NCBI GenBank assembly: GCA_036342255.1
Contig: JAZAUS010000005.1
Coordinates: forward strand, 35,954-99,953
Length of the DNA stretch: 64,000 nucleotides
Source of the DNA: Bacilli bacterium
Lineage (GTDB): Bacteria > Bacillota_I > Bacilli_A > RF39 > UBA660
Direction of reading: 5' to 3'
This document shows, in pieces, positions 61,924 to 64,000 of the stretch (the stretch's first letter is position 1; every line of letters starts with the position of its first letter). Both the position numbers and the translations under genes were made by a program. Below the pieces are notes generated by a model. That model was not told where the DNA came from and made no database searches. It was given only the letters and a program-made list of their open reading frames with translations.

Positions 61924-63753
61924 CTAAAAATTATTCTTACTAAAATATTTATCTCTATCCAATACTGATCCCCACTTCTTCTTTATATATTCCTGCTCCT
62001 TTAAAAATCTTTGATGTTTTTCACTAGAAGCTTCATAGCCACGACTCTTGCTCTCATAATGAATCATCTCCACATTAGATAAACAAACATTATAATATCC
62101 CTTATCTAACATCTTCAAATTCAAATCTACATCATTAAGAGCCACTTTCAATTTTTCATCAAATCCTTTAACTTTATCAAATTTACTTTTTTTTATCATA
62201 AGACACGCTGCTGTTACAGCCGTATAATTATAAGGCATAACAAGTCTACCAAACAATCCATTATCCTTATAATTTGCCGTCACAAATATATGTCCTGCAA
62301 CTCCACCAAACCCTAGTACAACACCAGCATGTTGTACTAATTTATCAGGATATAATAATTTAATACCTACACATCCCATATAATCAAGTCTAGCATATCC
62401 CAACATATATTCAATAAAATCTTCACTTAATACTTCTGTATCATTATTTAAAAATAATATATAATCTCCACTAGCTTCTTTAACCCCCATATTATTTATA
62501 TATGAATAATTAAATTCACACTCCAATCTAATACTCTTAAAATTATCATACTTATTCTCATATTCTTTTATCATCTTAAATGTTTCTTCTTCACTACTAT
62601 TATTATCAACAAGTATTATTTCAAAATTCTTATATGTACTTTTTTCATATATACTATCTATACATCTTTTCGTAATAGAAGCCTTATCTTTAATTGGAAT
62701 AATTATACTAACTAATTCATTATCATTACCATATTTAACTAAATATGTACTAACTTTAGGATTCTCAATTACTTCCCCTTTTAACTTTCTTCTTTTCAAA
62801 GCATCTTCTAAAGCTTTCTTACCTGCTATATAAGCATAACTTTTATTTCCTAAATATCCAGCCGTACTAGTAGCAGTTTGTCTCCAATGATATAATACTT
62901 TTTCTATATGATATATTTTATTTGTAACCTCTGTAAATCTTAAAAACAAATCATAATCTTGACTTCCATCATATTCACTTCTAAAACCACCTAATTTATC
63001 AACAATACTTTTTCTAAGACAACATAAATGACATATATAATTAACACCCATTAAAGTATCAGGAGAATAATCTGGTTTAAAATGTGGTTCCATATATTTA
63101 CCCTTAAAATCAATCTTATCTTCATCACTATATATCATATCTAATGATCTATCTTTATTTAATACATCTACTATATAATATAAAGAATCTTTCTCTATCA
63201 CATCATCATTATCAACAAGTACAATAAATTCTCCCTTAGCCATGCTAATAGCCGTATTACTAGCCTTAGATATCATCCCATTCTTATCTCTAAATGTTAC
63301 TTTAATTCTTTTATCTTTCTTCATATATTCACGTAACGTCTCTTTAGTTTCGTCTAAATTAGAATTATCATCAGCAATACATATCTCAAAATTATCATAA
63401 CTTTGCCCTAAAATACTATCTAAACATTCTGATAATAATTCACGACTAACATTATAAGTAGGTATAACAAAACTAATTAATGGATTATATTTAAATTTCT
63501 TATATTCAATATCTTTATTTTGTTCATCAAACCATTTAATATATGAAGCCTGATTCATAAATAAATTAGATGAATTACCACCTCTTCTTAAAACCACAAA
63601 AAATGATCTTATATACTTTACTAATACTCTAGGAGGTATTAAAAAATGATGTCTATACCATGCAAAATATAAACTTTTTTTTACCAAATAATTAAACTTA
63701 TCTATTTTAGAAAATATTTTTTTATATAAAAAATTTGCCTCTTTCTTAGCCAT
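61924..63753 (-). CDS. Two-domain GT2 glycosyltransferase
   Basis: ISFVIPTYN, ADDNS, VDNDD, YSDEDK, SQDYD; second domain VSIIIP..VDNNS, FLNNDTE, AVTAACL, NDVD, HYESKSRG. Confidence 0.92.
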   Translation of the reverse strand: MAKKEANFLYKKIFSKIDKFNYLVKKSLYFAWYRHHFLIPPRVLVKYIRSFFVVLRRGGNSSNLFMNQASYIKWFDEQNKDIEYKKFKYNPLISFVIPTYNVSRELLSECLDSILGQSYDNFEICIADDNSNLDETKETLREYMKKDKRIKVTFRDKNGMISKASNTAISMAKGEFIVLVDNDDVIEKDSLYYIVDVLNKDRSLDMIYSDEDKIDFKGKYMEPHFKPDYSPDTLMGVNYICHLCCLRKSIVDKLGGFRSEYDGSQDYDLFLRFTEVTNKIYHIEKVLYHWRQTATSTAGYLGNKSYAYIAGKKALEDALKRRKLKGEVIENPKVSTYLVKYGNDNELVSIIIPIKDKASITKRCIDSIYEKSTYKNFEIILVDNNSSEEETFKMIKEYENKYDNFKSIRLECEFNYSYINNMGVKEASGDYILFLNNDTEVLSEDFIEYMLGYARLDYMGCVGIKLLYPDKLVQHAGVVLGFGGVAGHIFVTANYKDNGLFGRLVMPYNYTAVTAACLMIKKSKFDKVKGFDEKLKVALNDVDLNLKMLDKGYYNVCLSNVEMIHYESKSRGYEASSEKHQRFLKEQEYIKKKWGSVLDRDKYFSKNNF

Positions 63754-63760
63754 AATTCAC

Positions 63761-64000
63761 CTACTTAAATATTTCTTTATATTTATCAACAATAATATCC
63801 CAAGTATAATAGTTTTTTACTATATCTTTAGCCTTATCTCCTAATACTTTTTTATTTTTATCAAGAGACTTTTTATCATTTAAAAGTTTAGTTAAACTAC
63901 CATCTTCTTTAAAATATAAACAAGAATCTCTCCCAACATCATGATTAAAACAAACATCATATAGAATATTTAAATTCGTTAGAGATAAAGCTTCTAACAA
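63761..64000 (-). CDS. C-terminal fragment of a GT4 glycosyltransferase (RgpA/WchF-like rhamnosyltransferase); continues beyond the window
   Basis: LLEAL..T.LN.L.DV.FN..V....LYF and YTW..IV..Y..F tail. Confidence 0.7.
   Translation of the reverse strand: MLEALSLTNLNILYDVCFNHDVGRDSCLYFKEDGSLTKLLNDKKSLDKNKKVLGDKAKDIVKNYYTWDIIVDKYKEIFK

Overview
Very AT-rich bacterial chromosome segment read with the standard code (TGA is used as stop, e.g. at 33075). Most genes are on the minus strand. Gene content and style suggest a reduced-genome Firmicute such as an uncultured RF39-like Bacilli lineage; this is inference. The housekeeping backbone includes typA, ligA, pheST with a Phe T-box, a DacA-type carboxypeptidase, yidD, an M29 aminopeptidase, mscL, tkt, pflAB, rpsT, mraY and the end of a rhamnan-type polysaccharide locus. 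The standout is a tightly coupled operon of about 14 kb (19.9 kb to 6.1 kb, minus strand). It encodes an aromatic-amino-acid-permease-family transporter, five tandem cobalamin-binding radical SAM enzymes (two subfamilies, 2+3), a zinc-ribbon membrane protein, an ATP-grasp ligase, a GNAT-like protein, a long-chain acyl-CoA ligase and a protein ending in a DUF4430/transcobalamin-like domain. I do not recognise it as a characterised pathway; it is a candidate biosynthetic cluster for a multiply modified acyl-amino-acid or lipid. Other points of interest: a T-box whose apparent terminator pairs with the T-box bulge strand itself; a pair of small helical paralogs, one inside the pheST operon; a four-gene operon with a RelE-like domain on a large coiled-coil protein; an A-B-A'-B' duplication with a pilin-like/SleB-like fusion; and giant modular type IV pilins next to a divergent PilB. 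I saw no rRNA, tRNA, CRISPR array, integrase or transposase. All family calls come from recognising motifs by eye, not from database searches.
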